Assembly (NCBI GenBank): GCA_965213625.1
Contig: CBDBZU010000004.1
Span: 3,648,001-3,712,000, forward strand
Direction: 5' to 3'
From: a bacterium
GTDB lineage: Bacteria; UBA8248
Length of the DNA stretch: 64,000 nt
Each line of letters opens with the position of its first letter. The first letter of the stretch is position 1. This document shows, piece after piece, positions 18,478 to 28,544 of this stretch. The notes under the pieces are model-generated. The model saw nothing but the letters and a program-made list of their open reading frames with translations, had not been told where the DNA came from and did no database searches. A program made the translations under genes and the position numbers.

Positions 18478-19599
18478 TCAAACGCCGCTTTTCGCTTTTT
18501 TGAGCGTCGCGACGTTCACCGGGTGCGCGTTGCGGCGGCGCTTGTCGACGCGGACGCCTAGGCGCGCGGCATCGGTGATACTCAGGCCCGCTTCCTGCAA
18601 TTCTTTCCGGCTGAACCCCTTGCCGGGCCGCCAGCTCCCACGGGCATCTCTTACGAGAGGGAGGAATCCGTTATCCGAGGGCTCTTCCGGCTGCTCCAGA
18701 GGCGCTTCGGCGGCTACCGGGCCAGCCTCGGGCGCGCGCTCCTCGGGGATTTCCGGCTCAAGAGCTGTCGCCTCCACGACACTTTCGGCTATCTCCAAGA
18801 CGGCTTCTTCGTTTTCGAGTGGTAGTTCTTCCTCATCCGGCGACTCTTCCGGCGAGGCTTCCAATTCAGCCTCGGTCAGCGTCTCGAGCTCGAGTCCATC
18901 TTCCTCATACGGCGCTGCATCACTCTGCGGCAACGGCTCATGCGGCGAGACATCCTTGACCGGCGCCGCTGGGGGTTCCTCGGCCCCCTGAACGATTTCG
19001 TCCATGGCTTCCGGATCACTCTCTTGAGGAGTTTCCGTCTCGGGCGGGGAAGTCTCAACAACGCTTTCGAGCTGGAGTTCTTCAACTTCCTGAACAGGAT
19101 CGTCCGCAGCTTCCGGATCGATCGCTTGAGAGATTCCCGGCGCGGGCGCAGACGCTTCCGCTACACTTTCCGCTGCGACTGAGGGTGCTCCATCATCTTG
19201 CTCAGACGTCTCCGCCTCACCCAGCGACGCTTCTGATTCCGTTTCGGTCAACGAATCGAGTTCGAGGCCATATTCCTCGAACGGAGCGGCTTCAAGAGAT
19301 GGTTCCGGCGCATCCGGCGTCTCATCCGAGACTGGCGCCGTCAACGATTCCATGGCGGGGGCAGGGTCGCTATCACCAGCGTCCGCTCCGTTTGCCGAAT
19401 CCATGCGAGGCGGCTCATCGGCAGCCAGCAGTTCCAATTCTTGATGAGAGTCATAGCCGCTGTCCTCCGTATCTCCCGCCGTATAAGGAACTCCCGGCTC
19501 GATGGCCGAAGGAGGCGGAATTTCGTAAGTTTCTTCTTCCGGCTCGGCAGAGGTGGAACCCTTGCGACGCGTTATACGGCTCAAAAAATTTTTCTTCAT
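18478..19599 (-). CDS. Acidic low-complexity protein with a C-terminal ribosomal L13e-like domain
   Basis: C-terminus RPGKGFSRKELQEAGLSITDAARLGVRVDKRRRNAHPVNVATLK matches the recalled eL13 consensus R.GRGFS..EL..AG......R.LG..VD.RR.....NV..LK; RBS GAGGGTGG. Confidence 0.8.
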   Translation of the reverse strand: MKKNFLSRITRRKGSTSAEPEEETYEIPPPSAIEPGVPYTAGDTEDSGYDSHQELELLAADEPPRMDSANGADAGDSDPAPAMESLTAPVSDETPDAPEPSLEAAPFEEYGLELDSLTETESEASLGEAETSEQDDGAPSVAAESVAEASAPAPGISQAIDPEAADDPVQEVEELQLESVVETSPPETETPQESDPEAMDEIVQGAEEPPAAPVKDVSPHEPLPQSDAAPYEEDGLELETLTEAELEASPEESPDEEELPLENEEAVLEIAESVVEATALEPEIPEERAPEAGPVAAEAPLEQPEEPSDNGFLPLVRDARGSWRPGKGFSRKELQEAGLSITDAARLGVRVDKRRRNAHPVNVATLKKAKSGV

Positions 19600-19790
19600 G
19601 TCGATACCACCCTCATTGAGTCAAAAACTCACCAGTGGATAAACTATCGTCGAGAAATTACAGGGGGCGGTAAAAGAGGAGAGAAAACTTATTGATTAAG
19701 ACTAGCGATAACAAATACTTGGTGTCAAGCCGCGCACGCAATTGGGTATGCTCAATGACTTCAAGTACGGGAAGGCCGAGTGAGGATATT

Positions 19791-20558
19791 CTATTCCTCG
19801 CCCACCTCACCCGCCAGTTCCTCGGCGGTTCGGATGATGAGTTCGATGTCCCTGTCCCGCGAGAGGCGGTGGCCGCCGTCCTTGACGAGGGTCAGGCGCA
19901 CGTCGTCACATTTCAAGACCTTCGTCAGTTTCAAGGAAACTTCCCAGGACACGGTCTCATCCGCCATTCCGTGGATGAGGCGCACCGGGCAGTTCACATC
20001 GATCTCGCCGCGCAGGAGCAGGTGATCGTCCCCTTCATCGAGCAGCCTTTTGGTGACGCGATACGGCTCCTCCCAGATGTTGGGCGCGTGCATGACGTAT
20101 CCGCGCTCGTCGAGTTCTCGCTTCAACTCTTCGGTGAGCCTGTGCTTCTTGAAACCATCCGTAAAATCTGGTCCCGACGCTATGCCCACCAGGCCCTTCA
20201 CGCGTTCGGGCCGGGCCAGTGCGGCGAGCAGCATCATCCACCCGCCCATGCTGGAACCCACGAGCACCTGAGGACCCTGAGCTACTTCGTCCAGTATCGT
20301 GAGGGCGTCCCCCGCCCATTCGCCGATGGTTCCGTCTTCGAATTTACCGGAAGATTCCCCGTGTCCGCCGTAATCGAAGCGAACGTAGGCGCGCCCGACC
20401 TTTCGGCAATGGGCTTCAAGCGCGCTCGCCTTCGTCCCGCTCATGTCCGAGCGGAAACCGCCCAGAAACATCAGGCCGGGCGATTCGCCCTCCAACCTGA
20501 AATAGGCGAGCGAAGCGCCGTTTTCCCTGTTCAGAAAACTCGTTGCTGAGTCGGGCAT
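19791..20558 (-). CDS. Alpha/beta hydrolase (ABHD10-like)
   Basis: GGFRSDMSGTKA, FDYGGHGES, GSSMGGW, GGHRLSR. Confidence 0.88.
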   Translation of the reverse strand: MPDSATSFLNRENGASLAYFRLEGESPGLMFLGGFRSDMSGTKASALEAHCRKVGRAYVRFDYGGHGESSGKFEDGTIGEWAGDALTILDEVAQGPQVLVGSSMGGWMMLLAALARPERVKGLVGIASGPDFTDGFKKHRLTEELKRELDERGYVMHAPNIWEEPYRVTKRLLDEGDDHLLLRGEIDVNCPVRLIHGMADETVSWEVSLKLTKVLKCDDVRLTLVKDGGHRLSRDRDIELIIRTAEELAGEVGEE

Positions 20559-20565
20559 TTTCGTT

Positions 20566-21099
20566 TCAGGATGAATTGTTGAGATGTTCGAGCAACTGCG
20601 CGGCGACGCCACGGACGGCAGCTTCCGACTCCTCGTCCACGCAGCGGCCGTCCTCATCGAAGACATTGTGGACGCTCCCGACCGAGGCCTGGCCGGGCAG
20701 AACCTCTCCGCCGATGTGGGTGAGAATTTGCCTCAGGTGCGCGAGGGCGTTGTCCGCGCTCGGTCCCATCGCCACTCCCAAAATGGCGACGGTCTTCCCC
20801 TCGAACGTGGAGGGATAGCCCAGATTGTCTATCGCCAACTTGAGCGTGCTGCTGATGCTCCCGTGATACTCGGGCGTCGCGATGAGGATGCCCGCCGCCT
20901 TCGTGACGAGTTGCTTTAGCATGTCGGGGTCTTTCGACTCGCTCGGCTGCCCGGGCAGGGGAAGATCGAGTTCGCCCAAGTGGACGCGGTTGATCTCAAA
21001 ATCGCCTTTCGCCAGCTCATCAAGCGCTAGGGCAAGGGCTTTATCGGTATTGTTTTGCGGCCTGCGGCTGCCGCCGAAGACGAGGATATAGGGGGTCAT
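20566..21099 (-). CDS. NAD(P)H-dependent FMN reductase
   Basis: GGSRR, ATPEYHGSISSTLKLAID. Confidence 0.88.
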   Translation of the reverse strand: MTPYILVFGGSRRPQNNTDKALALALDELAKGDFEINRVHLGELDLPLPGQPSESKDPDMLKQLVTKAAGILIATPEYHGSISSTLKLAIDNLGYPSTFEGKTVAILGVAMGPSADNALAHLRQILTHIGGEVLPGQASVGSVHNVFDEDGRCVDEESEAAVRGVAAQLLEHLNNSS

Positions 21100-21114
21100 T
21101 TCGTGCTTTTTCGA

Positions 21115-22221
21115 TTACGCTGCGACGCCGGCGGGTTCGGGCAGTACGACGGGATTGGTGTCCTTGAGAAGCGGCAGGACCTCCCTGCCGAAAATTTCCG
21201 CTTCTTCCTTGTGGGGCCACCCGTTCATGATGAAATGCCGCACGCCCGCGTCGTAATATTCGCGGATGACGCTCGCCACCATGTCCGGCGTGCCGACGAA
21301 CATCGTTCCCGCACCGCCGCGCACCTTGTTCACGCCCATCCAGATGGTATCGGTGAGCCAGAGATTTCCGCGCGAGCCCATCTCGTTGATGCGCATCTGG
21401 CCGGTCGATTCGGTGTTGTTCTTCATGTCGTTCCAGGTGCCCGTGTTCGAGATGTCACTCTTGTCGATGAGCGCCTCGGCGGCGCGCACCGCCTCCTTCT
21501 TCGTCTCGCGCACGCAGACCAGATGGCGAATTCCGTAGCTGAGCGGGCGCTCACGCTCGTATCTTTGAGACTCACGCCTGCCCTCCTCGATATCCTTCCC
21601 GACGATTTCGGGTTCTGCGGCGTACATGACGTGCACATCCCCATGCTCCCACGCCACGCGCTTGCCAGGGTCGGAGCTGCCCGCCAGGAAAACAGGGGGA
21701 TTCGGCTTCGTCACCCGCTCGGGGAAGATACCGGCGTTCTCGATCTCGAAGAATTTGCCCTTGTAGTCCAGCGGGCCGTCCGCGTTCCAGAGCTTTCGCA
21801 CCACGTCGAGGAACTCGCCCGTACGCGCGTAACGATCTTCGTGCGGCATGAAATCCCCGTACCTTTTCTGATCCACGGGCGTGCTACCCGTCACCACGTT
21901 CAGGGTGCAGCGCCCGCCTGTCAGGTAATCGAGGCTGTTCGCCTGTTGCGCAGCGTAGATTGGACCGGTGATTCCGGGCCGGAAGGCCACGAGGAACTTT
22001 ATCTTCTTCGTCCGGCTTGAGATCGCGCCAGCGGCCGTCCAGGCGTCGATGCAGTGCGTACCGCACGGGACGAGGATGTTGGCGAAGCCCGCCTCCTCGG
22101 CCGTCGCCGTCACTTCGGCGAGATAATCCAGGGTGGCGGGACGATCGGGCTTCTTCTGGTTCACCTGCGTCCCGTCTCCCGCCCTGTGGGAACAGAGCGC
22201 CCAAATGTATTCGGTGGACAT
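21115..22221 (-). CDS. LLM-class flavin-dependent monooxygenase (SsuD-like)
   Basis: AEEAGF, TKKIKFLVAFRPG, LNVVTG, AGSS, VGTPDMVA. Confidence 0.88.
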   Translation of the reverse strand: MSTEYIWALCSHRAGDGTQVNQKKPDRPATLDYLAEVTATAEEAGFANILVPCGTHCIDAWTAAGAISSRTKKIKFLVAFRPGITGPIYAAQQANSLDYLTGGRCTLNVVTGSTPVDQKRYGDFMPHEDRYARTGEFLDVVRKLWNADGPLDYKGKFFEIENAGIFPERVTKPNPPVFLAGSSDPGKRVAWEHGDVHVMYAAEPEIVGKDIEEGRRESQRYERERPLSYGIRHLVCVRETKKEAVRAAEALIDKSDISNTGTWNDMKNNTESTGQMRINEMGSRGNLWLTDTIWMGVNKVRGGAGTMFVGTPDMVASVIREYYDAGVRHFIMNGWPHKEEAEIFGREVLPLLKDTNPVVLPEPAGVAA

Positions 22222-22456
22222 CTCTCGTCTCCTAAGCGCCTACCTCACCAGCGTGACGCGCGCATCGGAAGAAGCCATAAAGTCTTATCCGGAACAAGGT
22301 CAACAAGATAAAGCCAACGACCTCATGGATCAAGCCCGCGAATCGGCTGCGAGGCGGGGCTGTTGAAAAAGCCCTTGTCGATCGGAATCCACCTCCACCA
22401 GCTCAGTTGCGAGTTTCGCACTTGAACGGTATTGCCAACCGAAAGAGAGAAGAGAA

Positions 22457-22610
22457 CCACTCCCCCCTTGAGGGGGAGTCAGTGAACTGAGGGCGTAAGC
22501 CCGAAAGTGAACTGGTGGGGGGTATAATTCGGAATGGCAATAAAACGCGTTTTACCCCCCACCGATTCAGCCTTCGCAAATATCGCTCGGCTTCATCGAC
22601 TCCCCCTCAA
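22457..22610. repeat. ~155-bp REP/REPIN-like element with CTCCCCCTTGAGGGGGAG palindromes (copy 1, interrupted by the IS)
   Basis: Near-identical to 28545-28706; its terminal palindrome is completed at 24131-24145. Confidence 0.85.
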
Positions 22611-24130
22611 GGGGCTGTTGAAAAACCCCCGGCATTGTGATTGGGTGTAATGACACTATCTCGCCCGAGATGGGAGTTCCCTCGATGATAGGCAGCAAGA
22701 GGCGCGAGCAGATGGATTTGTTCGTGGCCGGTTCGCTGGATCGGCTGATCCCCGAGGATCACGTCCTGATGCGCGTGGACCGCGTACTGGATTTGAGTTG
22801 GCTTCGTGAGGAGGTGGCGGATTGCTATTGCGCGGACAATGGTCGACCGGGGATCGACCCGGAGGTGGCGCTCCGCTTGATGCTTGCGGGTATGTTGCTG
22901 GGCTACGTACACGACCGGCGTCTGCTTCGCGAGGCGCGTGCGCACCTGGCGATCCGGTGGTTCATCGGATACGGGTTGCACGAGGAGTTGCCGCATCATT
23001 CGAGCCTGACGCGGATTCGTCAGCGGTGGGGGGAGGCTCGGTTCAAGGAGATATTCCGCCGGACGGTGCAGGCTTGTCTGGAGGCGAATGTGGCGAAGGG
23101 GGAAGTGGTGCACGTGGACGCCTCGTTGATACGCGCGGACGTGAGCTGGGAGAGCCTGGCGGCGCACCACGCGGAGAAGGTGATTCAGGAGAATCCCGTC
23201 GATGATGAGGTCGGGAAGAAGGGAGGAGGCCGCGGTGGCGGGGGTCCGGTGAGCCGGACGGACCCGGACGCGCGGCTTGCGCGCAAGAGCGCGCGGGCGG
23301 GGTTCGAGCCGAGCTACAAGCAGCACGCGGCGGTGGACGATGAGCGGGGTGTTGTTCTCGACGTGTCGGTGACGGAGGGGACGCGGAACGAGCGTGAGAT
23401 GATGGCGTCCCATATAGAGGCGGTAAGCGAGTTGTCGGGCCGCGCGCCGGAGATGGTGACGGCGGATTCGGGCTACGCGTACTCGAAGGTTTATGGCGAA
23501 TTGGAGCGGCGGGGCGTGGAAGCGCTGATACCAGCGAAGAAGGAACCCAGCCAGAGCCGTGTTCCGCTGCAGTTGTTCCACTACGACGCGCGCAACGAGG
23601 TGGTGAAGTGTCCGGGAGGCAAGACGCTGCGCCCCCGGCAGGCGACGGAGCGGGGGCGCTCCTATGTATCGAAGACGCGGGATTGCGCGGGCTGCGCGCT
23701 CCGTGCGGATTGTCTGTCGAAGTCGCGCACGAGCAGGACGGTGTTGATTCCGCACGCGTATCCGGCGCTGTTGCGCGCGCGTCGGCGGCATGCGCGCTGG
23801 GGGGAGGAGGAGAAGCGTCTCTATGGCCGCCACCGTTGGCGCTCGGAGGGCTACCACGGCGAGGCGAAGAGCCGGCACGGACTGGGGCGGGCGGTGCGCC
23901 GGGGCCTTGCGAACATGCGGATCCAGTCCTACCTGACGGCGATAGCGGTGAACCTCAAGCGGCTGGCCGCCGCTTTTGCGGCGCGTATATTCGCCCTCTG
24001 GACGGCCTGTGCCGCCCGGAGACGCCGGCTGCGCGCACATGGCGCCCTCACGCGCCAATTGGGCTGCCTCCCCGCCGCCGCGTGAGCCGCCAAAACGCCC
24101 GCTTCCAACACCGGGTTTTTCAACAGACCC
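22611..24130 (+). mobile_element. IS1182-family insertion sequence, copy A (1520 bp)
   Basis: 18-bp TIRs GGGGCTGTTGAAAAACCC / GGGTTTTTCAACAGACCC; 5-bp target duplication CTCAA. Confidence 0.9.
22685..24085 (+). CDS. IS1182-family DDE transposase
   Basis: IPEDH, GRPGIDP, PHHSSL, VDASLI, SRTDPDA, ADSGY, C-terminal C-x2-C and NLKRL motifs. Confidence 0.9.
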   Translation: MIGSKRREQMDLFVAGSLDRLIPEDHVLMRVDRVLDLSWLREEVADCYCADNGRPGIDPEVALRLMLAGMLLGYVHDRRLLREARAHLAIRWFIGYGLHEELPHHSSLTRIRQRWGEARFKEIFRRTVQACLEANVAKGEVVHVDASLIRADVSWESLAAHHAEKVIQENPVDDEVGKKGGGRGGGGPVSRTDPDARLARKSARAGFEPSYKQHAAVDDERGVVLDVSVTEGTRNEREMMASHIEAVSELSGRAPEMVTADSGYAYSKVYGELERRGVEALIPAKKEPSQSRVPLQLFHYDARNEVVKCPGGKTLRPRQATERGRSYVSKTRDCAGCALRADCLSKSRTSRTVLIPHAYPALLRARRRHARWGEEEKRLYGRHRWRSEGYHGEAKSRHGLGRAVRRGLANMRIQSYLTAIAVNLKRLAAAFAARIFALWTACAARRRRLRAHGALTRQLGCLPAAA

Positions 24131-24219
24131 CTCAAGGGGGGAGTGGTTGGTTGGCGCTCTGCAGAGAAGGAGTAAAGTTACATCCTTCACTGATCGTCTC
24201 TAGACGTCGAATCATCTAA

Positions 24220-24810
24220 TCAGGGCGCTTTCTCCAGAACGACCGTATAGCGGCGCTCGCGCCTGCGCTCGACAATGACTTTGCGGCGCTCCATACCGTG
24301 CCCCGGCAGGCGCAGCCACATCGAATACTCGCCCGGAGTGAGGTCCGTCACCTCGATCGCCGAGGAAGCTTTGCCGTAATACCGGCTCCCGATGAAGACC
24401 TCCGCACCCGGCGGGTCCGAACGAACGACGAGGCGGCCTGCGCCGTCTTTCGTCAATTTGATCTCGATGGACATTTTCTTCGAACGCATGTCGACTTCGA
24501 CAACCTGCCCGACGTAGCCCGGGAACTCCGCCCGTATCGAATGGCGCCCGAAGTCCACGCCCTTGATCTCTACGGGTTTCAGGGAATAGGTCTCCCCGCG
24601 CGGGTTGCCGTTATATATGACGAAGGCGCCCTCGGGCTTGCTCGTCACGATGATCTCGCCCTTGCCGCTGAGCGTGGCTTCGGCGGCTTTTTTCCCCCGA
24701 GCGCACCCCGTACCCAAGACCAGGGCGCAAAACGTGAATAACATGATAATAGAATGGATATATCGATTCGGCGGCCACATTAAAGCAAAGAATCCGTATT
24801 GCATGCTCAT
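24220..24810 (-). CDS. PEGA-domain lipoprotein (start uncertain)
   Basis: Two PEGA-like repeats (VTSKPEGAFV, VRSDPPGAEVFI); lipobox-like GTGC. Confidence 0.75.
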   Translation of the reverse strand: MSMQYGFFALMWPPNRYIHSIIMLFTFCALVLGTGCARGKKAAEATLSGKGEIIVTSKPEGAFVIYNGNPRGETYSLKPVEIKGVDFGRHSIRAEFPGYVGQVVEVDMRSKKMSIEIKLTKDGAGRLVVRSDPPGAEVFIGSRYYGKASSAIEVTDLTPGEYSMWLRLPGHGMERRKVIVERRRERRYTVVLEKAP

Positions 24811-24976
24811 CCCTCCTGTCGCGCGAGTACTGAGCCATTAAGCAATTTACCCTGTTTGGCGGATGAGGGAAAGCCGCCGTAAAAGATGACCCTGAGCGCG
24901 CTTGCCCATTCCCCGCCCATGAGGAATGATGCGAATGGATTCCACAAAACTTACACACAAGGGAGAAGATTCCAAG

Positions 24977-26671
24977 ATGCGAGGCCACCTGAGAGGACTG
25001 ACGAATTATGGCGATCCGGGCTTCAGCGTTTTCGCAAGAGGCGCTTACGCGCGGGGATTCGGCCTGACGAAAGAGGACCTGGATAAACCCATCATCGGCA
25101 TCGCCCAGACATGGAGCGAACTCAACCCGTGCCATCGCCATTTGAGGGAGATCGCCGAAGCCGTCAAGCGCGGTGTCTGGCAGACGGGCGGCCTGCCCCT
25201 GGAGTTTCCCACCATCTCCCTGGGCGAGATGTACATGAACCCCACGGCCATGTTCTTCAGGAACCTCCTCTCGATGGATACCGAGGAGATGATCAAGGGC
25301 CAGCCCATGGACGGCGTGGTGCTTCTCGGCGGCTGCGACAAGACCCTGCCCGCACAGCTCATGGGTGCGTCCAGCGCGGGGATTCCCGCCATCTGCGTGA
25401 CGGCGGGGCCGATGATCGGCGGACGATTCGAGGACAAGGTGCTGGGCGCGTGTTCTGATTGCCGCGGAACGTGGGCCGAATACCGGGCGGGCAACTACGA
25501 CGACGAGCGGCTCGAGGAAGTCCAAGGTTCGCTCTTTCCCTCCACGGGTACCTGCATGGTGATGGGCACGGCGAGCACCATGGCGTCCCTCACCGAGGCG
25601 ATGGGTATGATGCTCCCCGGCCTTGCGGCGGTTCCGGCGGTGAACTCGAACCGCATCCGCCTGGCGGAGTATAGCGGGCGGCGCATCGTCGACCTGATCG
25701 AGAAGGACATTACGCCCGAGAAGATCATCACGCGCGAGGCGTTCGAGAACGCCATCCGCGTGCTCATGGCCGTGGGCGGCTCGACGAACGCCGTCGTCCA
25801 TCTGCCGGCCATCGCCGGACGCCTGGGGATCGATCTTCCGCTCTCACTGTTCGATGAAATCTCGCGAACTACGCCCATGATCGGCAACATCCGCCCATCA
25901 GGGAAGAAATACCTGATGGAAGATCTCGCGGCGGCGGGCGGCATCCCCGTGGTGATGAAAGAACTCGAACCCCTGCTCCACGGGGACTGCCTGACGGTGA
26001 CGGGGGAGACCGTGACCGAGAACCTCAGACAAGTCCAAGGAGCGCAGCCCTGGCAGGACGTCATCTACACGCGGGAGAAACCAATTTCGGAAGAAGGCGG
26101 CCTCGTCATCGTGAAAGGCTCGCTCGCGCCCGACGGCGCCGTCATCAAGATTTCGGCTGCAAACTCCGATTTACTGACGCACACGGGGCCTGCGGTCGTA
26201 TTCTCATCCCAGCAGGACCTCGTCGAGCGGATCGACGACCCCGACCTCCCCGCGACGGCGGAGAGCGTATTCGTGCTTCAGAACACAGGCCCCATCGGCG
26301 CGCCCGGCTTCCCGGAGGCAGGCTCCATGCCCCTTCCCAAAAAACTGCTCGAAGCGGGCGTGCGCGACGTCGTCCGCGTCTCGGACGCGCGCATGAGCGG
26401 GACGGCGTCTGGAACCATCGTGCTGCACGTGGCGCCCGAAGCGGCGGCGGGAGGCCCCCTCGCCCTGGTCCGGGACGGCGACATGATTACCCTGGACGTT
26501 CCCAACCGAAAACTCGATCTGAACGTCCCGGAAGAAGAACTCGCACGTCGACGCACCGCGCTGGAGCCTGCGCCGCCTCATTACGACAGGGGCTACGGCA
26601 AGCTGTTTATCGAAAACGTGCTCCAGGCGCCCGATGGCTGTGATTTCGGTTTCCTGAAGAAGACGGAGTAA
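24977..26671 (+). CDS. IlvD/Edd-family dehydratase (probably sugar-acid type)
   Basis: NPCH, GGCDKT, GTCMVMGTASTM, GGSTNA, SDARMSGT, LHVAPEAA. Confidence 0.92.
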   Translation: MRGHLRGLTNYGDPGFSVFARGAYARGFGLTKEDLDKPIIGIAQTWSELNPCHRHLREIAEAVKRGVWQTGGLPLEFPTISLGEMYMNPTAMFFRNLLSMDTEEMIKGQPMDGVVLLGGCDKTLPAQLMGASSAGIPAICVTAGPMIGGRFEDKVLGACSDCRGTWAEYRAGNYDDERLEEVQGSLFPSTGTCMVMGTASTMASLTEAMGMMLPGLAAVPAVNSNRIRLAEYSGRRIVDLIEKDITPEKIITREAFENAIRVLMAVGGSTNAVVHLPAIAGRLGIDLPLSLFDEISRTTPMIGNIRPSGKKYLMEDLAAAGGIPVVMKELEPLLHGDCLTVTGETVTENLRQVQGAQPWQDVIYTREKPISEEGGLVIVKGSLAPDGAVIKISAANSDLLTHTGPAVVFSSQQDLVERIDDPDLPATAESVFVLQNTGPIGAPGFPEAGSMPLPKKLLEAGVRDVVRVSDARMSGTASGTIVLHVAPEAAAGGPLALVRDGDMITLDVPNRKLDLNVPEEELARRRTALEPAPPHYDRGYGKLFIENVLQAPDGCDFGFLKKTE

Positions 26672-26675
26672 ACCC

Positions 26676-27722
26676 ATGCGCCGAGTCCGTGTCGTCGCAC
26701 GCATGCTGCCCTGCATCCGCGCATTGCGCGGCAGGCCCGTCTCGCCCGAAATCGAAGAACGCCTCGCCCGCGCGCTGGATGAGGAGAAGATAGAACTCAT
26801 CATCGAGCCCGACGCCAAAACGCGTATGGCGGCGATGGAAGAAGCGGATTTCTTTCTCTGCGAGAACGACCCGCTGCCCGAGGATTTCTACGCGCTCGCC
26901 AAGAAACTCAAGCTCATCCAGGCGGGCGGCTATTTTTTCGAAAAACTGCAAATCGAACGCGCCACGCAGGCGGGCGTGCCCGTGATGACCTTCCCGATGC
27001 CGATCACCGACTCGGTGGCGGACCACACCATGATGATGCTGTTGGCACTCACGAGAAACTTTGAGGAAACGACCCGCGCCTCCCGCGAGGGCTCGGACAA
27101 TCCCCCTTCCCCCCAGCGGCCGGACGGCAGCGCTTTCAACTGGACACAAACGCAGGGCATCGCCCCACTGCGCGGCATGCGGTTGGGCGTTCTGGGCATG
27201 GGCGACATCGGACGCGGCGTGTCCCTGCGCGCCCGCGCGTTCGGGATGGAAATTCTCTACTGGAACAGAACGCCGATGCCAGAATCCGTGAACGAGGCGC
27301 TCGGCGCGCGGCCCGTTGCGCAAGAGGAATTGTTCGAAAACGCGGATGCGCTGCTCGTCGGCGTCGCTCTGAACGAGGAGACACGCGGCATCATCGGCGA
27401 AAGCGTGATTCGAACACTCCCCAAGGGAGCATATCTGCTCAACATCGGGCGCGGGCCGCTGATCGATCAAGAAGCGATGTATCGCGCGCTCACAGACGGC
27501 CACCTGGGAGGCGCCGGGCTGGACGTATTCGACCCCGAACCGTTTCCGCCCGAACACCCTCTACTGCGTCTGCCCAACGTCATTCCCTCGCCTCACTGTG
27601 CGGGCGGTGACGATGTGAACATCGTCCGGGAAATCGAGATTTACTTCGAGAACATCCACCGCGCCCTGAACGGCGAAGCACCTCTGGGCGTCGTGAATGG
27701 CGTCCCCTGGCGGGGTCTATAG
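26676..27722 (+). CDS. D-2-hydroxyacid dehydrogenase family protein
   Basis: GMGDIG, NIGRG, GAGLDVFDPEP, SPHCAG. Confidence 0.88.
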   Translation: MRRVRVVARMLPCIRALRGRPVSPEIEERLARALDEEKIELIIEPDAKTRMAAMEEADFFLCENDPLPEDFYALAKKLKLIQAGGYFFEKLQIERATQAGVPVMTFPMPITDSVADHTMMMLLALTRNFEETTRASREGSDNPPSPQRPDGSAFNWTQTQGIAPLRGMRLGVLGMGDIGRGVSLRARAFGMEILYWNRTPMPESVNEALGARPVAQEELFENADALLVGVALNEETRGIIGESVIRTLPKGAYLLNIGRGPLIDQEAMYRALTDGHLGGAGLDVFDPEPFPPEHPLLRLPNVIPSPHCAGGDDVNIVREIEIYFENIHRALNGEAPLGVVNGVPWRGL

Positions 27723-27725
27723 CCC

Positions 27726-28457
27726 ATGTGCGGACGCTTCACCCTCACCAAACCGATACCCTGGCTCGCAGAGATTCTGGACGTAAAAAACCCCGAAAGC
27801 GTGGGAAGCGTTCCGCCGCGCTACAACGTCGCGCCGGGAACGGAGGTCCTCATCGTTCGCGCGAAAGAAGCTACTGATACGAATGCGCGCGAACTCGCCC
27901 TCGCCCGCTGGGGTCTGGTGCCCTTCTGGGCGAAAGACCCCGATTTCGGGGCCAAAACGATTAACGCGCGCTCGGAGACCGCCGCCCAAAAACCCGCCTT
28001 CCGCGCCGCATTCCGCTACAGGCGATGCCTCATCCCAGCGGATGGCTTTTACGAGTGGGCCGGGAGCCGGAGAAAAAAACAGCCCTTCTTCATTCACCTG
28101 GAAGAGAGAAAACCCTTCGCATTCGCGGGTCTCTGGGAGAGCTGGACTGGGGCGGACGGGAGCATTCTCGAGACCTGTACGATCCTCACGACGGATGCGA
28201 ACGAGAAGCTGGCCGAACTGCACCACAGAATGCCCGTCATCCTGCCCGAGGTGTCCTATGCGGACTGGCTGAACCCGGGCGAGAACCGCTCAAAAAACCT
28301 GCAGCCGCTCCTCAAGCCGTATCCCTCGGAGGCCTTTGCGTATTACCCCGTGAGCGAGCGTGTCAACAGTCCCAGAAACGACGACGCAGCGTGCATTGAA
28401 AAACGAGCTAAAGAAGAGAAACCCCCGGAACTTCAAGGGTCGCTATTCGGGGATTGA
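27726..28457 (+). CDS. SOS response-associated peptidase (SRAP/YedK)
   Basis: N-terminal MCGRF, INARSET, ADGFYEW, HHRMPVIL. Confidence 0.93.
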   Translation: MCGRFTLTKPIPWLAEILDVKNPESVGSVPPRYNVAPGTEVLIVRAKEATDTNARELALARWGLVPFWAKDPDFGAKTINARSETAAQKPAFRAAFRYRRCLIPADGFYEWAGSRRKKQPFFIHLEERKPFAFAGLWESWTGADGSILETCTILTTDANEKLAELHHRMPVILPEVSYADWLNPGENRSKNLQPLLKPYPSEAFAYYPVSERVNSPRNDDAACIEKRAKEEKPPELQGSLFGD

Positions 28458-28544
28458 GGGTTATGTGCCAGATGAATACAGAGCTTAATGGACAGGCACG
28501 GAGGCCTGGCCCTACACACCCACCCTTGCAGAACGCCAACCAAC

